This document shows, piece by piece, positions 34,501 through 49,254 of a DNA stretch of 64,000 bases. A program made the position numbers and the translations under genes. The notes below the pieces were generated by a model. That model was not told the DNA's origin. It saw only the letters and a list, made by a program, of their open reading frames with translations, and searched no databases. How positions within the stretch are numbered: position 1 is the stretch's first letter; each line of letters starts with the position of its first letter. Origin of the DNA: Yuukianura sp. NJ FZ-2021 (taxonomy: Eukaryota); the NCBI GenBank assembly GCA_046563655.1, contig CM102285.1, positions 6,572,001-6,636,000 on the forward strand. The letters are read 5' to 3'.

Positions 34501-37500
34501 TGCCGGTGAAATCTAATTGCAAATTCGGATTCACCGACTTGAAATTGATGTGAGTACACTTTCAAAGGTGGGTATTTAGAAAGGCAGTTTTTCTAGAATT
34601 TTGAAGGGGTTAAATTGCTCTGCAAATTCACAAAATGGCTGTATCTCGAGAAATATGGATTGCCGGTGAAATCTAATTGCAAATTCGGATTCACCGACTT
34701 GAAATTGATGTGAGTACACTTTCAAAGGTGGGTATTTAGAAAGGCAGTTTTTCTAGAATTTTGAAGGGGGTTAAATTGCTCTGCAAATTCACAAAATGGC
34801 TGTATCTCGAGAAATATGGATTGCCGGTGAAATCTAATTGCAAATTCGGATTCACCGACTTGAAATTGATGTGAGTACACTTTCAAAGGTGGGTATTTAG
34901 AAAGGCAGTTTTTCTAGAATTTTGAAGGGGTTAAATTGCTCTGCAAATTCACAAAATGGCTGTATCTCGAGAAATATGGATTGCCGGTGAAATCTAATTG
35001 CAAATTCGGATTCACCGACTTGAAATTGATGTGAGTACACTTTCAAAGGTGGGTATTTAGAAAGGCAGTTTTTCTAGAATTTTGAAGGGGTTAAATTGCT
35101 CTGCAAATTCACAAAATGGCTGTATCTCGAGAAATATGGATTGCCGGTGAAATCTAATTGCAAATTCGGATTCACCGACTTGAAATTGATGTGAGTACAC
35201 TTTCAAAGGTGGGTATTTAGAAAGGCAGTTTTTCTAGAATTTTGAAGGGGTTAAATTGCTCTGCAAATTCACAAAATGGCTGTATCTCGAGAAATATGGA
35301 TTGCCGGTGAAATCTAATTGCAAATTCGGATTCACCGACTTGAAATTGATGTGAGTACACTTTCAAAGGTGGGTATTTAGAAAGGCAGTTTTTCTAGAAT
35401 TTTGAAGGGGGTTAAATTGCTCTGCAAATTCACAAAATGGCTGTATCTCGAGAAATATGGATTGCCGGTGAAATCTAATTGCAAATTCGGATTCACCGAC
35501 TTGAAATTGATGTGAGTACACTTTCAAAGGTGGGTATTTAGAAAGGCAGTTTTTCTAGAATTTTGAAGGGGTTAAATTGCTCTGCAAATTCACAAAATGG
35601 CTGTATCTCGAGAAATATGGATTGCCGGTGAAATCTAATTGCAAATTCGGATTCACCGACTTGAAATTGATGTGAGTACACTTTCAAAGGTGGGTATTTA
35701 GAAAGGCAGTTTTTCTAGAATTTTGAAGGGGTTAAATTGCTCTGCAAATTCACAAAATGGCTGTATCTCGAGAAATATGGATTGCCGGTGAAATCTAATT
35801 GCAAATTCGGATTCACCGACTTGAAATTGATGTGAGTACACTTTCAAAGGTGGGTATTTAGAAAGGCAGTTTTTCTAGAATTTTGAAGGGGTTAAATTGC
35901 TCTGCAAATTCACAAAATGGCTGTATCTCGAGAAATATGGATTGCCGGTGAAATCTAATTGCAAATTCGGATTCACCGACTTGAAATTGATGTGAGTACA
36001 CTTTCAAAGGTGGGTATTTAGAAAGGCAGTTTTTCTAGAATTTTGAAGGGGTTAAATTGCTCTGCAAATTCACAAAATGGCTGTATCTCGAGAAATATGG
36101 ATTGCCGGTGAAATCTAATTGCAAATTCGGATTCACCGACTTGAAATTGATGTGAGTACACTTTCAAAGGTGGGTATTTAGAAAGGCAGTTTTTCTAGAA
36201 TTTTGAAGGGGTTAAATTGCTCTGCAAATTCACAAAATGGCTGTATCTCGAGAAATATGGATTGCCGGTGAAATCTAATTGCAAATTCGGATTCACCGAC
36301 TTGAAATTGATGTGAGTACACTTTCAAAGGTGGGTATTTAGAAAGGCAGTTTTTCTAGAATTTTGAAGGGGTTAAATTGCTCTGCAAATTCACAAAATGG
36401 CTGTATCTCGAGAAATATGGATTGCCGGTGAAATCTAATTGCAAATTCGGATTCACCGACTTGAAATTGATGTGAGTACACTTTCAAAGGTGGGTATTTA
36501 GAAAGGCAGTTTTTCTAGAATTTTGAAGAGGTTAAATTGCTCTGCAAATTCACAAAATGGCTGTATCTCGAGAAATATGGATTGCCGGTGAAATCTAATT
36601 GCAAATTCGGATTCACCGACTTGAAATTGATGTGAGTACACTTTCAAAGGTGGGTATTTAGAAAGGCAGTTTTTCTAGAATTTTGAAGGGGTTAAATTGC
36701 TCTGCAAATTCACAAAATGGCTGTATCTCGAGAAATATGGATTGCCGGTGAAATCTAATTGCAAATTCGGATTCACCGACTTGAAATTGATGTGAGTACA
36801 CTTTCAAAGGTGGGTATTTAGAAAGGCAGTTTTTCTAGAATTTTGAAGGGGTTAAATTGCTCTGCAAATTCACAAAATGGCTGTATCTCGAGAAATATGG
36901 ATTGCCGGTGAAATCTAATTGCAAATTCGGATTCACCGACTTGAAATTGATGTGAGTACACTTTCAAAGGTGGGTATTTAGAAAGGCAGTTTTTCTAGAA
37001 TTTTGAAGGGGGTTAAATTGCTCTGCAAATTCACAAAATGGCTGTATCTCGAGAAATATGGATTGCCGGTGAAATCTAATTGCAAATTCGGATTCACCGA
37101 CTTGAAATTGATGTGAGTACACTTTCAAAGGTGGGTATTTAGAAAGGCAGTTTTTCTAGAATTTTGAAGGGGTTAAATTGCTCTGCAAATTCACAAAATG
37201 GCTGTATCTCGAGAAATATGGATTGCCGGTGAAATCTAATTGCAAATTCGGATTCACCGACTTGAAATTGATGTGAGTACACTTTCAAAGGTGGGTATTT
37301 AGAAAGGCAGTTTTTCTAGAATTTTGAAGGGGTTAAATTGCTCTGCAAATTCACAAAATGGCTGTATCTCGAGAAATATGGATTTCCGGTGAAATCTAAT
37401 TGCAAATTCGGATTCACCGACTTGAAATTGATGTGAGTACACTTTCAAAGGTGGGTATTTAGAAAGGCAGTTTTTCTAGAATTTTGAAGGGGTTAAATTG

Positions 37501-40500
37501 CTCTGCAAATTCACAAAATGGCTGTATCTCGAGAAATATGGATTGCCGGTGAAATCTAATTGCAAATTCGGATTCACCGACTTGAAATTGATGTGAGTAC
37601 ACTTTCAAAGGTGGGTATTTAGAAAGGCAGTTTTTCTAGAATTTTGAAGGTGGTTAAATTGCTCTGCAAATTCACAAAATGGCTGTATCTCGAGAAATAT
37701 GGATTGCCGGTGAAATCTAATTGCAAATTCGGATTCACCGACTTGAAATTGATGTGAGTACACTTTCAAAGGTGGGTATTTAGAAAGGCAGTTTTTCTAG
37801 AATTTTGAAGGGGTTAAATTGCTCTGCAAATTCACAAAATGGCTGTATCTCGAGAAATATGGATTGCCGGTGAAATCTAATTGCAAATTCGGATTCACCG
37901 ACTTGAAATTGATGTGAGTACACTTTCAAAGGTGGGTATTTAGAAAGGCAGTTTTTCTAGAATTTTGAAGGGGTTAAATTGCTCTGCAAATTCACAAAAT
38001 GGCTGTATCTCGAGAAATATGGATTGCCGGTGAAATCTAATTGCAAATTCGGATTCACCGACTTGAAATTGATGTGAGTACACTTTCAAAGGTGGGTATT
38101 TAGAAAGGCAGTTTTTCTAGAATTTTGAAGTTGGTTAAATTGCTCTGCAAATTCACAAAATGGCTGTATCTCGAGAAATATGGATTGCCGGTGAAATCTA
38201 ATTGCAAATTCGGATTCACCGACTTGAAATTGATGTGAGTACACTTTCAAAGGTGGGTATTTAGAAAGGCAGTTTTTCTAGAATTTTGAAGGGGTTAAAT
38301 TGCTCTGCAAATTCACAAAATGGCTGTATCTCGAGAAATATGGATTGCCGGTGAAATCTAATTGCAAATTCGGATTCACCGACTTGAAATTGATGTGAGT
38401 ACACTTTCAAAGGTGGGTATTTAGAAAGGCAGTTTTTCTAGAATTTTGTAAGGGGAAAAATTGCTCTGCAAATTCACAAAATGGCTGTATCTCGAGAAAT
38501 ATGGATTGCCGGTGAAATCTAATTGCAAATTCGGATTCACCGACTTGAAATTGATGTGAGTACACTTTCAAAGGTGGGTATTTAGAAAGGCAGTTTTTCT
38601 AGAATTTTGAAGGGGTTAAATTGCTCTGCAAATTCACAAAATGGCTGTATCTCGAGAAATATGGATTGCCGGTGAAATCTAATTGCAAATTCGGATTCAC
38701 CGACTTGAAATTGATGTGAGTACACTTTCAAAGGTGGGTATTTAGAAAGGCAGTTTTTCTAGAATTTTGAAGGGGTTAAATTGCTCTGCAAATTCACAAA
38801 ATGGCTGTATCTCGAGAAATATGGATTGCCGGTGAAATCTAATTGCAAATTCGGATTCACCGACTTGAAATTGATGTGAGTACACTTTCAAAGGTGGGTA
38901 TTTAGAAAGGCAGTTTTTCTAGAATTTTGAAGGGGTTAAATTGCTCTGCAAATTCACAAAATGGCTGTATCTCGAGAAATATGGATTGCCGGTGAAATCT
39001 AATTGCAAATTCGGATTCACCGACTTGAAATTGATGTGAGTACACTTTCAAAGGTGGGTATTTAGAAAGGCAGTTTTTCTAGAATTTTGAAGGGGAAAAA
39101 TTGCTCTGCAAATTCACAAAATGGCTGTATCTCGAGAAATATGGATTTCCGGTGAAATCTAATTGCAAATTCGGATTCACCGACTTGAAATTGATGTGAG
39201 TACACTTTCAAAGGTGGGTATTTAGAAAGGCAGTTTTTCTAGAATTTTGAAGGGGGTTAAATTGCTCTGCAAATTCACAAAATGGCTGTATCTCGAGAAA
39301 TATGGATTGCCGGTGAAATCTAATTGCAAATTCGGATTCACCGACTTGAAATTGATGTGAGTACACTTTCAAAGGTGGGTATTTAGAAAGGCAGTTTTTC
39401 TAGAATTTTGAAGGGGTTAAATTGCTCTGCAAATTCACAAAATGGCTGTATCTCGAGAAATATGGATTGCCGGTGAAATCTAATTGCAAATTCGGATTCA
39501 CCGACTTGAAATTGATGTGAGTACACTTTCAAAGGTGGGTATTTAGAAAGGCAGTTTTTCTAGAATTTTGAAGGGGTTAAATTGCTCTGCAAATTCACAA
39601 AATGGCTGTATCTCGAGAAATATGGATTGCCGGTGAAATCTAATTGCAAATTCGGATTCACCGACTTGAAATTGATGTGAGTACACTTTCAAAGGTGGGT
39701 ATTTAGAAAGGCAGTTTTTCTAGAATTTTGAAGGGGTTAAATTGCTCTGCAAATTCACAAAATGGCTGTATCTCGAGAAATATGGATTGCCGGTGAAATC
39801 TAATTGCAAATTCGGATTCACCGACTTGAAATTGATGTGAGTACACTTTCAAAGGTGGGTATTTAGAAAGGCAGTTTTTCTAGAATTTTGAAGGGGTTAA
39901 ATTGCTCTGCAAATTCACAAAATGGCTGTATCTCGAGAAATATGGATTGCCGGTGAAATCTAATTGCAAATTCGGATTCACCGACTTGAAATTGATGTGA
40001 GTACACTTTCAAAGGTGGGTATTTAGAAAGGCAGTTTTTCTAGAATTTTGAAGGGGTTAAATTGCTCTGCAAATTCACAAAATGGCTGTATCTCGAGAAA
40101 TATGGATTGCCGGTGAAATCTAATTGCAAATTCGGATTCACCGACTTGAAATTGATGTGAGTACACTTTCAAAGGTGGGTATTTAGAAAGGCAGTTTTTC
40201 TAGAATTTTGTAAGGGGAAAAATTGCTCTGCAAATTCACAAAATGGCTGTATCTCGAGAAATATGGATTTCCGGTGAAATCTAATTGCAAATTCGGATTC
40301 ACCGACTTGAAATTGATGTGAGTACACTTTCAAAGGTGGGTATTTAGAAAGGCAGTTTTTCTAGAATTTTGAAGGGGGTTAAATTGCTCTGCAAATTCAC
40401 AAAATGGCTGTATCTCGAGAAATATGGATTGCCGGTGAAATCTAATTGCAAATTCGGATTCACCGACTTGAAATTGATGTGAGTACACTTTCAAAGGTGG

Positions 40501-43500
40501 GTATTTAGAAAGGCAGTTTTTCTAGAATTTTGAAGGGGTTAAATTGCTCTGCAAATTCACAAAATGGCTGTATCTCGAGAAATATGGATTGCCGGTGAAA
40601 TCTAATTGCAAATTCGGATTCACCGACTTGAAATTGATGTGAGTACACTTTCAAAGGTGGGTATTTAGAAAGGCAGTTTTTCTAGAATTTTGAATGGGGT
40701 TAAATTGCTCTGCAAATTCACAAAATGGCTGTATCTCGAGAAATATGGATTGCCGGTGAAATCTAATTGCAAATTCGGATTCACCGACTTGAAATTGATG
40801 TGAGTACACTTTCAAAGGTGGGTATTTAGAAAGGCAGTTTTTCTAGAATTTTGAAGGGGTTAAATTGCTCTGCAAATTCACAAAATGGCTGTATCTCGAG
40901 AAATATGGATTGCCGGTGAAATCTAATTGCAAATTCGGATTCACCGACTTGAAATTGATGTGAGTACACTTTCAAAGGTGGGTATTTAGAAAGGCAGTTT
41001 TTCTAGAATTTTGAAGGGGTTAAATTGCTCTGCAAATTCACAAAATGGCTGTATCTCGAGAAATATGGATTGCCGGTGAAATCTAATTGCAAATTCGGAT
41101 TCACCGACTTGAAATTGATGTGAGTACACTTTCAAAGGTGGGTATTTAGAAAGGCAGTTTTTCTAGAATTTTGTAAGGGGAAAAATTGCTCTGCAAATTC
41201 ACAAAATGGCTGTATCTCGAGAAATATGGATTTCCGGTGAAATCTAATTGCAAATTCGGATTCACCGACTTGAAATTGATGTGAGTACACTTTCAAAGGT
41301 GGGTATTTAGAAAGGCAGTTTTTCTAGAATTTTGAAGGGGTTAAATTGCTCTGCAAATTCACAAAATGGCTGTATCTCGAGAAATATGGATTGCCGGTGA
41401 AATCTAATTGCAAATTCGGATTCACCGACTTGAAATTGATGTGAGTACACTTTCAAAGGTGGGTATTTAGAAAGGCAGTTTTTCTAGAATTTTGAAGGGG
41501 TTAAATTGCTCTGCAAATTCACAAAATGGCTGTATCTCGAGAAATATGGATTGCCGGTGAAATCTAATTGCAAATTCGGATTCACCGACTTGAAATTGAT
41601 GTGAGTACACTTTCAAAGGTGGGTATTTAGAAAGGCAGTTTTTCTAGAATTTTGAACGGGGTTAAATTGCTCTGCAAATTCACAAAATGGCTGTATCTCG
41701 AGAAATATGGATTGCCGGTGAAATCTAATTGCAAATTCGGATTCACCGACTTGAAATTGATGTGAGTACACTTTCAAAGGTGGGTATTTAGAAAGGCAGT
41801 TTTTCTAGAATTTTGAAGGGGGTTAAATTGCTCTGCAAATTCACAAAATGGCTGTATCTCGAGAAATATGGATTGCCGGTGAAATCTAATTGCAAATTCG
41901 GATTCACCGACTTGAAATTGATGTGAGTACACTTTCAAAGGTGGGTATTTAGAAAGGCAGTTTTTCTAGAATTTTGAAGGGGGTTAAATTGCTCTGCAAA
42001 TTCACAAAATGGCTGTATCTCGAGAAATATGGATTGCCGGTGAAATCTAATTGCAAATTCGGATTCACCGACTTGAAATTGATGTGAGTACACTTTCAAA
42101 GGTGGGTATTTAGAAAGGCAGTTTTTCTAGAATTTTGAAGGGGTTAAATTGCTCTGCAAATTCACAAAATGGCTGTATCTCGAGAAATATGGATTTCCGG
42201 TGAAATCTAATTGCAAATTCGGATTCACCGACTTGAAATTGATGTGAGTACACTTTCAAAGGTGGGTATTTAGAAAGGCAGTTTTTCTAGAATTTTGAAG
42301 GGGTTAAATTGCTCTGCAAATTCACAAAATGGCTGTATCTCGAGAAATATGGATTGCCGGTGAAATCTAATTGCAAATTCGGATTCACCGACTTGAAATT
42401 GATGTGAGTACACTTTCAAAGGTGGGTATTTAGAAAGGCAGTTTTTCTAGAATTTTGAAGGGGTTAAATTGCTCTGCAAATTCACAAAATGGCTGTATCT
42501 CGAGAAATATGGATTGCCGGTGAAATCTAATTGCAAATTCGGATTCACCGACTTGAAATTGATGTGAGTACACTTTCAAAGGTGGGTATTTAGAAAGGCA
42601 GTTTTTCTAGAATTTTGAAGGGGTTAAATTGCTCTGCAAATTCACAAAATGGCTGTATCTCGAGAAATATGGATTGCCGGTGAAATCTAATTGCAAATTC
42701 GGATTCACCGACTTGAAATTGATGTGAGTACACTTTCAAAGGTGGGTATTTAGAAAGGCAGTTTTTCTAGAATTTTGAAGGGGTTAAATTGCTCTGCAAA
42801 TTCACAAAATGGCTGTATCTCGAGAAATATGGATTGCCGGTGAAATCTAATTGCAAATTCGGATTCACCGACTTGAAATTGATGTGAGTACACTTTCAAA
42901 GGTGGGTATTTAGAAAGGCAGTTTTTCTAGAATTTTGAAGGGGTTAAATTGCTCTGCAAATTCACAAAATGGCTGTATCTCGAGAAATATGGATTGCCGG
43001 TGAAATCTAATTGCAAATTCGGATTCACCGACTTGAAATTGATGTGAGTACACTTTCAAAGGTGGGTATTTAGAAAGGCAGTTTTTCTAGAATTTTGAAG
43101 GGGTTAAATTGCTCTGCAAATTCACAAAATGGCTGTATCTCGAGAAATATGGATTGCCGGTGAAATCTAATTGCAAATTCGGATTCACCGACTTGAAATT
43201 GATGTGAGTACACTTTCAAAGGTGGGTATTTAGAAAGGCAGTTTTTCTAGAATTTTGAAGGGGTTAAATTGCTCTGCAAATTCACAAAATGGCTGTATCT
43301 CGAGAAATATGGATTGCCGGTGAAATCTAATTGCAAATTCGGATTCACCGACTTGAAATTGATGTGAGTACACTTTCAAAGGTGGGTATTTAGAAAGGCA
43401 GTTTTTCTAGAATTTTGAAGGGGTTAAATTGCTCTGCAAATTCACAAAATGGCTGTATCTCGAGAAATATGGATTGCCGGTGAAATCTAATTGCAAATTC

Positions 43501-46500
43501 GGATTCACCGACTTGAAATTGATGTGAGTACACTTTCAAAGGTGGGTATTTAGAAAGGCAGTTTTTCTAGAATTTTGAAGGGGTTAAATTGCTCTGCAAA
43601 TTCACAAAATGGCTGTATCTCGAGAAATATGGATTGCCGGTGAAATCTAATTGCAAATTCGGATTCACCGACTTGAAATTGATGTGAGTACACTTTCAAA
43701 GGTGGGTATTTAGAAAGGCAGTTTTTCTAGAATTTTGAAGGGGGTTAAATTGCTCTGCAAATTCACAAAATGGCTGTATCTCGAGAAATATGGATTGCCG
43801 GTGAAATCTAATTGCAAATTCGGATTCACCGACTTGAAATTGATGTGAGTACACTTTCAAAGGTGGGTATTTAGAAAGGCAGTTTTTCTAGAATTTTGTA
43901 AGGGGAAAAATTGCTCTGCAAATTCACAAAATGGCTGTATCTCGAGAAATATGGATTTCCGGTGAAATCTAATTGCAAATTCGGATTCACCGACTTGAAA
44001 TTGATGTGAGTACACTTTCAAAGGTGGGTATTTAGAAAGGCAGTTTTTCTAGAATTTTGAAGGGGTTAAATTGCTCTGCAAATTCACAAAATGGCTGTAT
44101 CTCGAGAAATATGGATTGCCGGTGAAATCTAATTGCAAATTCGGATTCACCGACTTGAAATTGATGTGAGTACACTTTCAAAGGTGGGTATTTAGAAAGG
44201 CAGTTTTTCTAGAATTTTGAAGGGGGTTAAATTGCTCTGCAAATTCACAAAATGGCTGTATCTCGAGAAATATGGATTTCCGGTGAAATCTAATTGCAAA
44301 TTCGGATTCACCGACTTGAAATTGATGTGAGTACACTTTCAAAGGTGGGTATTTAGAAAGGCAGTTTTTCTAGAATTTTGAAGGGGTTAAATTGCTCTGC
44401 AAATTCACAAAATGGCTGTATCTCGAGAAATATGGATTTCCGGTGAAATCTAATTGCAAATTCGGATTCACCGACTTGAAATTGATGTGAGTACACTTTC
44501 AAAGGTGGGTATTTAGAAAGGCAGTTTTTCTAGAATTTTGAAGGGGTTAAATTGCTCTGCAAATTCACAAAATGGCTGTATCTCGAGAAATATGGATTGC
44601 CGGTGAAATCTAATTGCAAATTCGGATTCACCGACTTGAAATTGATGTGAGTACACTTTCAAAGGTGGGTATTTAGAAAGGCAGTTTTTCTAGAATTTTG
44701 AAGGGGTTAAATTGCTCTGCAAATTCACAAAATGGCTGTATCTCGAGAAATATGGATTTCCGGTGAAATCTAATTGCAAATTCGGATTCACCGACTTGAA
44801 ATTGATGTGAGTACACTTTCAAAGGTGGGTATTTAGAAAGGCAGTTTTTCTAGAATTTTGAAGGGGTTAAATTGCTCTGCAAATTCACAAAATGGCTGTA
44901 TCTCGAGAAATATGGATTGCCGGTGAAATCTAATTGCAAATTCGGATTCACCGACTTGAAATTGATGTGAGTACACTTTCAAAGGTGGGTATTTAGAAAG
45001 GCAGTTTTTCTAGAATTTTGTAAGGGGAAAAATTGCTCTGCAAATTCACAAAATGGCTGTATCTCGAGAAATATGGATTTCCGGTGAAATCTAATTGCAA
45101 ATTCGGATTCACCGACTTGAAATTGATGTGAGTACACTTTCAAAGGTGGGTATTTAGAAAGGCAGTTTTTCTAGAATTTTGAAGGGGTTAAATTGCTCTG
45201 CAAATTCACAAAATGGCTGTATCTCGAGAAATATGGATTGCCGGTGAAATCTAATTGCAAATTCGGATTCACCGACTTGAAATTGATGTGAGTACACTTT
45301 CAAAGGTGGGTATTTAGAAAGGCAGTTTTTCTAGAATTTTGAAGGGGTTAAATTGCTCTGCAAATTCACAAAATGGCTGTATCTCGAGAAATATGGATTG
45401 CCGGTGAAATCTAATTGCAAATTCGGATTCACCGACTTGAAATTGATGTGAGTACACTTTCAAAGGTGGGTATTTAGAAAGGCAGTTTTTCTAGAATTTT
45501 GAAGGGGTTAAATTGCTCTGCAAATTCACAAAATGGCTGTATCTCGAGAAATATGGATTTCCGGTGAAATCTAATTGCAAATTCGGATTCACCGACTTGA
45601 AATTGATGTGAGTACACTTTCAAAGGTGGGTATTTAGAAAGGCAGTTTTTCTAGAATTTTGAAGGGGTTAAATTGCTCTGCAAATTCACAAAATGGCTGT
45701 ATCTCGAGAAATATGGATTGCCGGTGAAATCTAATTGCAAATTCGGATTCACCGACTTGAAATTGATGTGAGTACACTTTCAAAGGTGGGTATTTAGAAA
45801 GGCAGTTTTTCTAGAATTTTGAAGGGGTTAAATTGCTCTGCAAATTCACAAAATGGCTGTATCTCGAGAAATATGGATTGCCGGTGAAATCTAATTGCAA
45901 ATTCGGATTCACCGACTTGAAATTGATGTGAGTACACTTTCAAAGGTGGGTATTTAGAAAGGCAGTTTTTCTAGAATTTTGTAAGGGGTTAAATTGCTCT
46001 GCAAATTCACAAAATGGCTGTATCTCGAGAAATATGGATTGCCGGTGAAATCTAATTGCAAATTCGGATTCACCGACTTGAAATTGATGTGAGTACACTT
46101 TCAAAGGTGGGTATTTAGAAAGGCAGTTTTTCTAGAATTTTGAAGGGGTTAAATTGCTCTGCAAATTCACAAAATGGCTGTATCTCGAGAAATATGGATT
46201 GCCGGTGAAATCTAATTGCAAATTCGGATTCACCGACTTGAAATTGATGTGAGTACACTTTCAAAGGTGGGTATTTAGAAAGGCAGTTTTTCTAGAATTT
46301 TGAAGGGGTTAAATTGCTCTGCAAATTCACAAAATGGCTGTATCTCGAGAAATATGGATTGCCGGTGAAATCTAATTGCAAATTCGGATTCACCGACTTG
46401 AAATTGATGTGAGTACACTTTCAAAGGTGGGTATTTAGAAAGGCAGTTTTTCTAGAATTTTGAAGGGGTTAAATTGCTCTGCAAATTCACAAAATGGCTG

Positions 46501-47858
46501 TATCTCGAGAAATATGGATTGCCGGTGAAATCTAATTGCAAATTCGGATTCACCGACTTGAAATTGATGTGAGTACACTTTCAAAGGTGGGTATTTAGAA
46601 AGGCAGTTTTTCTAGAATTTTGAAGGGGGTTAAATTGCTCTGCAAATTCACAAAATGGCTGTATCTCGAGAAATATGGATTGCCGGTGAAATCTAATTGC
46701 AAATTCGGATTCACCGACTTGAAATTGATGTGAGTACACTTTCAAAGGTGGGTATTTAGAAAGGCAGTTTTTCTAGAATTTTGTAAGCGGAAAAATTGCT
46801 CTGCAAATTCACAAAATGGCTGTATCTCGAGAAATATGGATTGCCGGTGAAATCTAATTGCAAATTCGGATTCACCGACTTGAAATTGATGTGAGTACAC
46901 TTTCAAAGGTGGGTATTTAGAAAGGCAGTTTTTCTAGAATTTTGAAGGGGTTAAATTGCTCTGCAAATTCACAAAATGGCTGTATCTCGAGAAATATGGA
47001 TTGCCGGTGAAATCTAATTGCAAATTCGGATTCACCGACTTGAAATTGATGTGAGTACACTTTCAAAGGTGGGTATTTAGAAAGGCAGTTTTTCTAGAAT
47101 TTTGAAGGGGAAAAATTGCTCTGCAAATTCACAAAATGGCTGTATCTCGAGAAATATGGATTTCCGGTGAAATCTAATTGCAAATTCGGATTCACCGACT
47201 TGAAATTGATGTGAGTACACTTTCAAAGGTGGGTATTTAGAAAGGCAGTTTTTCTAGAATTTTGAAGGGGTTAAATTGCTCTGCAAATTCACAAAATGGC
47301 TGTATCTCGAGAAATATGGATTGCCGGTGAAATCTAATTGCAAATTCGGATTCACCGACTTGAAATTGATGTGAGTACACTTTCAAAGGTGGGTATTTAG
47401 AAAGGCAGTTTTTCTAGAATTTTGAAGGGGTTAAATTGCTCTGCAAATTCACAAAATGGCTGTATCTCGAGAAATATGGATTGCCGGTGAAATCTAATTG
47501 CAAATTCGGATTCACCGACTTGAAATTGATGTGAGTACACTTTCAAAGGTGGGTATTTAGAAAGGCAGTTTTTCTAGAATTTTGAAGGGGTTAAATTGCT
47601 CTGCAAATTCACAAAATGGCTGTATCTCGAGAAATATGGATTTCCGGTGAAATCTAATTGCAAATTCGGATTCACCGACTTGAAATTGATGTGAGTACAC
47701 TTTCAAAGGTGGGTATTTAGAAAGGCAGTTTTTCTAGAATTTTGTAAGGGGAAAAATTGCTCTGCAAATTCACAAAATGGCTGTATCTCGAGAAATATGG
47801 ATTGCCGGTGAAATCTAATTGCAAATTCGGATTCACCGACTTGAAATTGATGTGAGTA
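13589..47858. repeat. 160/161-bp satellite array, central block (~214 monomers)
   Basis: Same monomer and orientation. Variation is mostly limited to GATTG/GATTT, GAAGGGGTTAAA/GTAAGGGGAAAAA, G-run length and occasional GGACAT. Confidence 0.99.
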
Positions 47859-49254
47859 GAGGAGACTGGGGGCAGTTGTAACAGATTTCGTATTTACGAG
47901 TTTTAAAATTACTTCCGCATTATAATTAAACCTTTAGTTTTCAGTAATAATAAGTTCACGGTGTTTTCTGGTAGATCCAAAAGTATGGAAATTTTTTAAT
48001 CACAATTTCATATTTTTTAACCGATTTTTCAAAAACACTACCCTTGTTACAATTGACCCCAGGCCCGGGGTCATTTGTAACACGACTGGGGTCAAATGTA
48101 ACAGCCCCCTAAACCCACAGCAATTCGTCATAATAACTATAAGATGACCATTATAAATACATCTAAGTATGTTTATGGTAAGCACATTACAAAAACTTAA
48201 GTTAATCGTTAAATAGTTAAGTTTTTCTCGCATTCTTGAACCTGCAGACGGGTGTGGAGTTCACCTGGCCAGTTTTAGTTTTAGTTTTTAACCTCCTGCA
48301 AGTTTCACTCCTTTTCTCGTAACGATCTTGACTGTCGTGCGCGATAGTGACTCCTGTTTCGTCCATATTGTAAATTGCGTGTGGTTCGAACTTGAATTTG
48401 TTCATAAGTTCTTCTAATTGAGCAAAAAAGTTGTTCACATTTGGCTTATTGAAGCTGACAGCTCTAGCAATGCTCGTTGTAACCTTCCAGTTGATAGGCC
48501 AGCATCCTAACTTCAGCTTGTGTCAACCCAATGAACATGTCAGCAGCCGTCTTCAGGTAAGTTTCCAAATGATCCTCTTGACTTCCCGTGAAAACACGAT
48601 TTGAGTGGCCGTAGCCATTTCCCGTTTGAGATTTAGCATTTGAATCCTTCAGTTTTTTCATAAATCGGGCAAACGTAACATGGCAAATTGAATATTCACA
48701 GGATACACTTCGGATACTTCTGCCTTCCGATACTTTCTGACTCGCCTCCATTAATGTAGACACCTCAACTTGTCCTCTGTTCGTTTTCCGAATACGTTTT
48801 CTGGGCATGTCTAAGAACCAAATCATGATCAAAGTTGTTACATATGACCCCATGAAATATGTTACAATTGACCCCAGTATGGAATTTTTCGAAAAAAAAT
48901 CTGCCAAAAAAATACAATGGCCTAAAGTTTAAAAGTAAATTGCTTACCTTACTTCTCGATGTGTTCACGAAATTGTCAACTGTTGAAATCTTCACGAAAA
49001 GCGGAAGTTGGCAAAATATTTGACTTTACATGGAAACAAAATAATTTTACTTTCCACCTTTTTTCGGTTGTGTTTTGGGAAAAAAATTTTAGTACGAAGA
49101 AGTTAGTTAAATTCTAAATTATTTGAATTGCCGCGAGAGCTGATCAGCTGTGACTAACTAATTATTGGTACAATAGATTTTTCATTCAATTAGAAGTAAG
49201 TAAGAATGGCACTGTTACAATTGACCCCGTGTTACAACTGCCCCCAACCTCCTC
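47859..49254 (-). mobile_element. Non-autonomous pogo/Tigger-like (Tc1/mariner superfamily) DNA transposon, 1396 bp
   Basis: TIRs GAGGAGACTGGGGGCAGTTGTAACA (47859-47883) and TGTTACAACTGCCCCCAACCTCCTC (49230-49254) match at 23/25. TA is duplicated at 47857-47858 and 49255-49256 within the satellite GAGTACAC site. Transposase remnants lie inside. Confidence 0.93.
48217..48808 (-). pseudogene. Deleted, frameshifted pogo/Tigger/CENP-B-family transposase
   Basis: MPRKRIRKT...GRSIRSVSCEYSICHVTFARF is psq/CENP-B-N-like HTH. VFTGSQEDHLETYL...GLTQAEVRMLAYQL is the start of a Tc5/CENP-B HTH. A second frame gives TSIARAVSFNKPNVNNFF...IYNMDETG (first catalytic Asp), and after a further shift KIVTRKGVK. 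The rest of the catalytic domain is absent. Confidence 0.88.

Noticed and set aside
48464..48907. Domesticated CENP-B/TIGD host gene, or the 48907 start codon
   Set aside because: The ORF is bounded by TIRs and a TA TSD, and is frameshifted and deleted. The segment upstream of ATG 48808 translates the internal repeat motifs and is unlikely to be coding.
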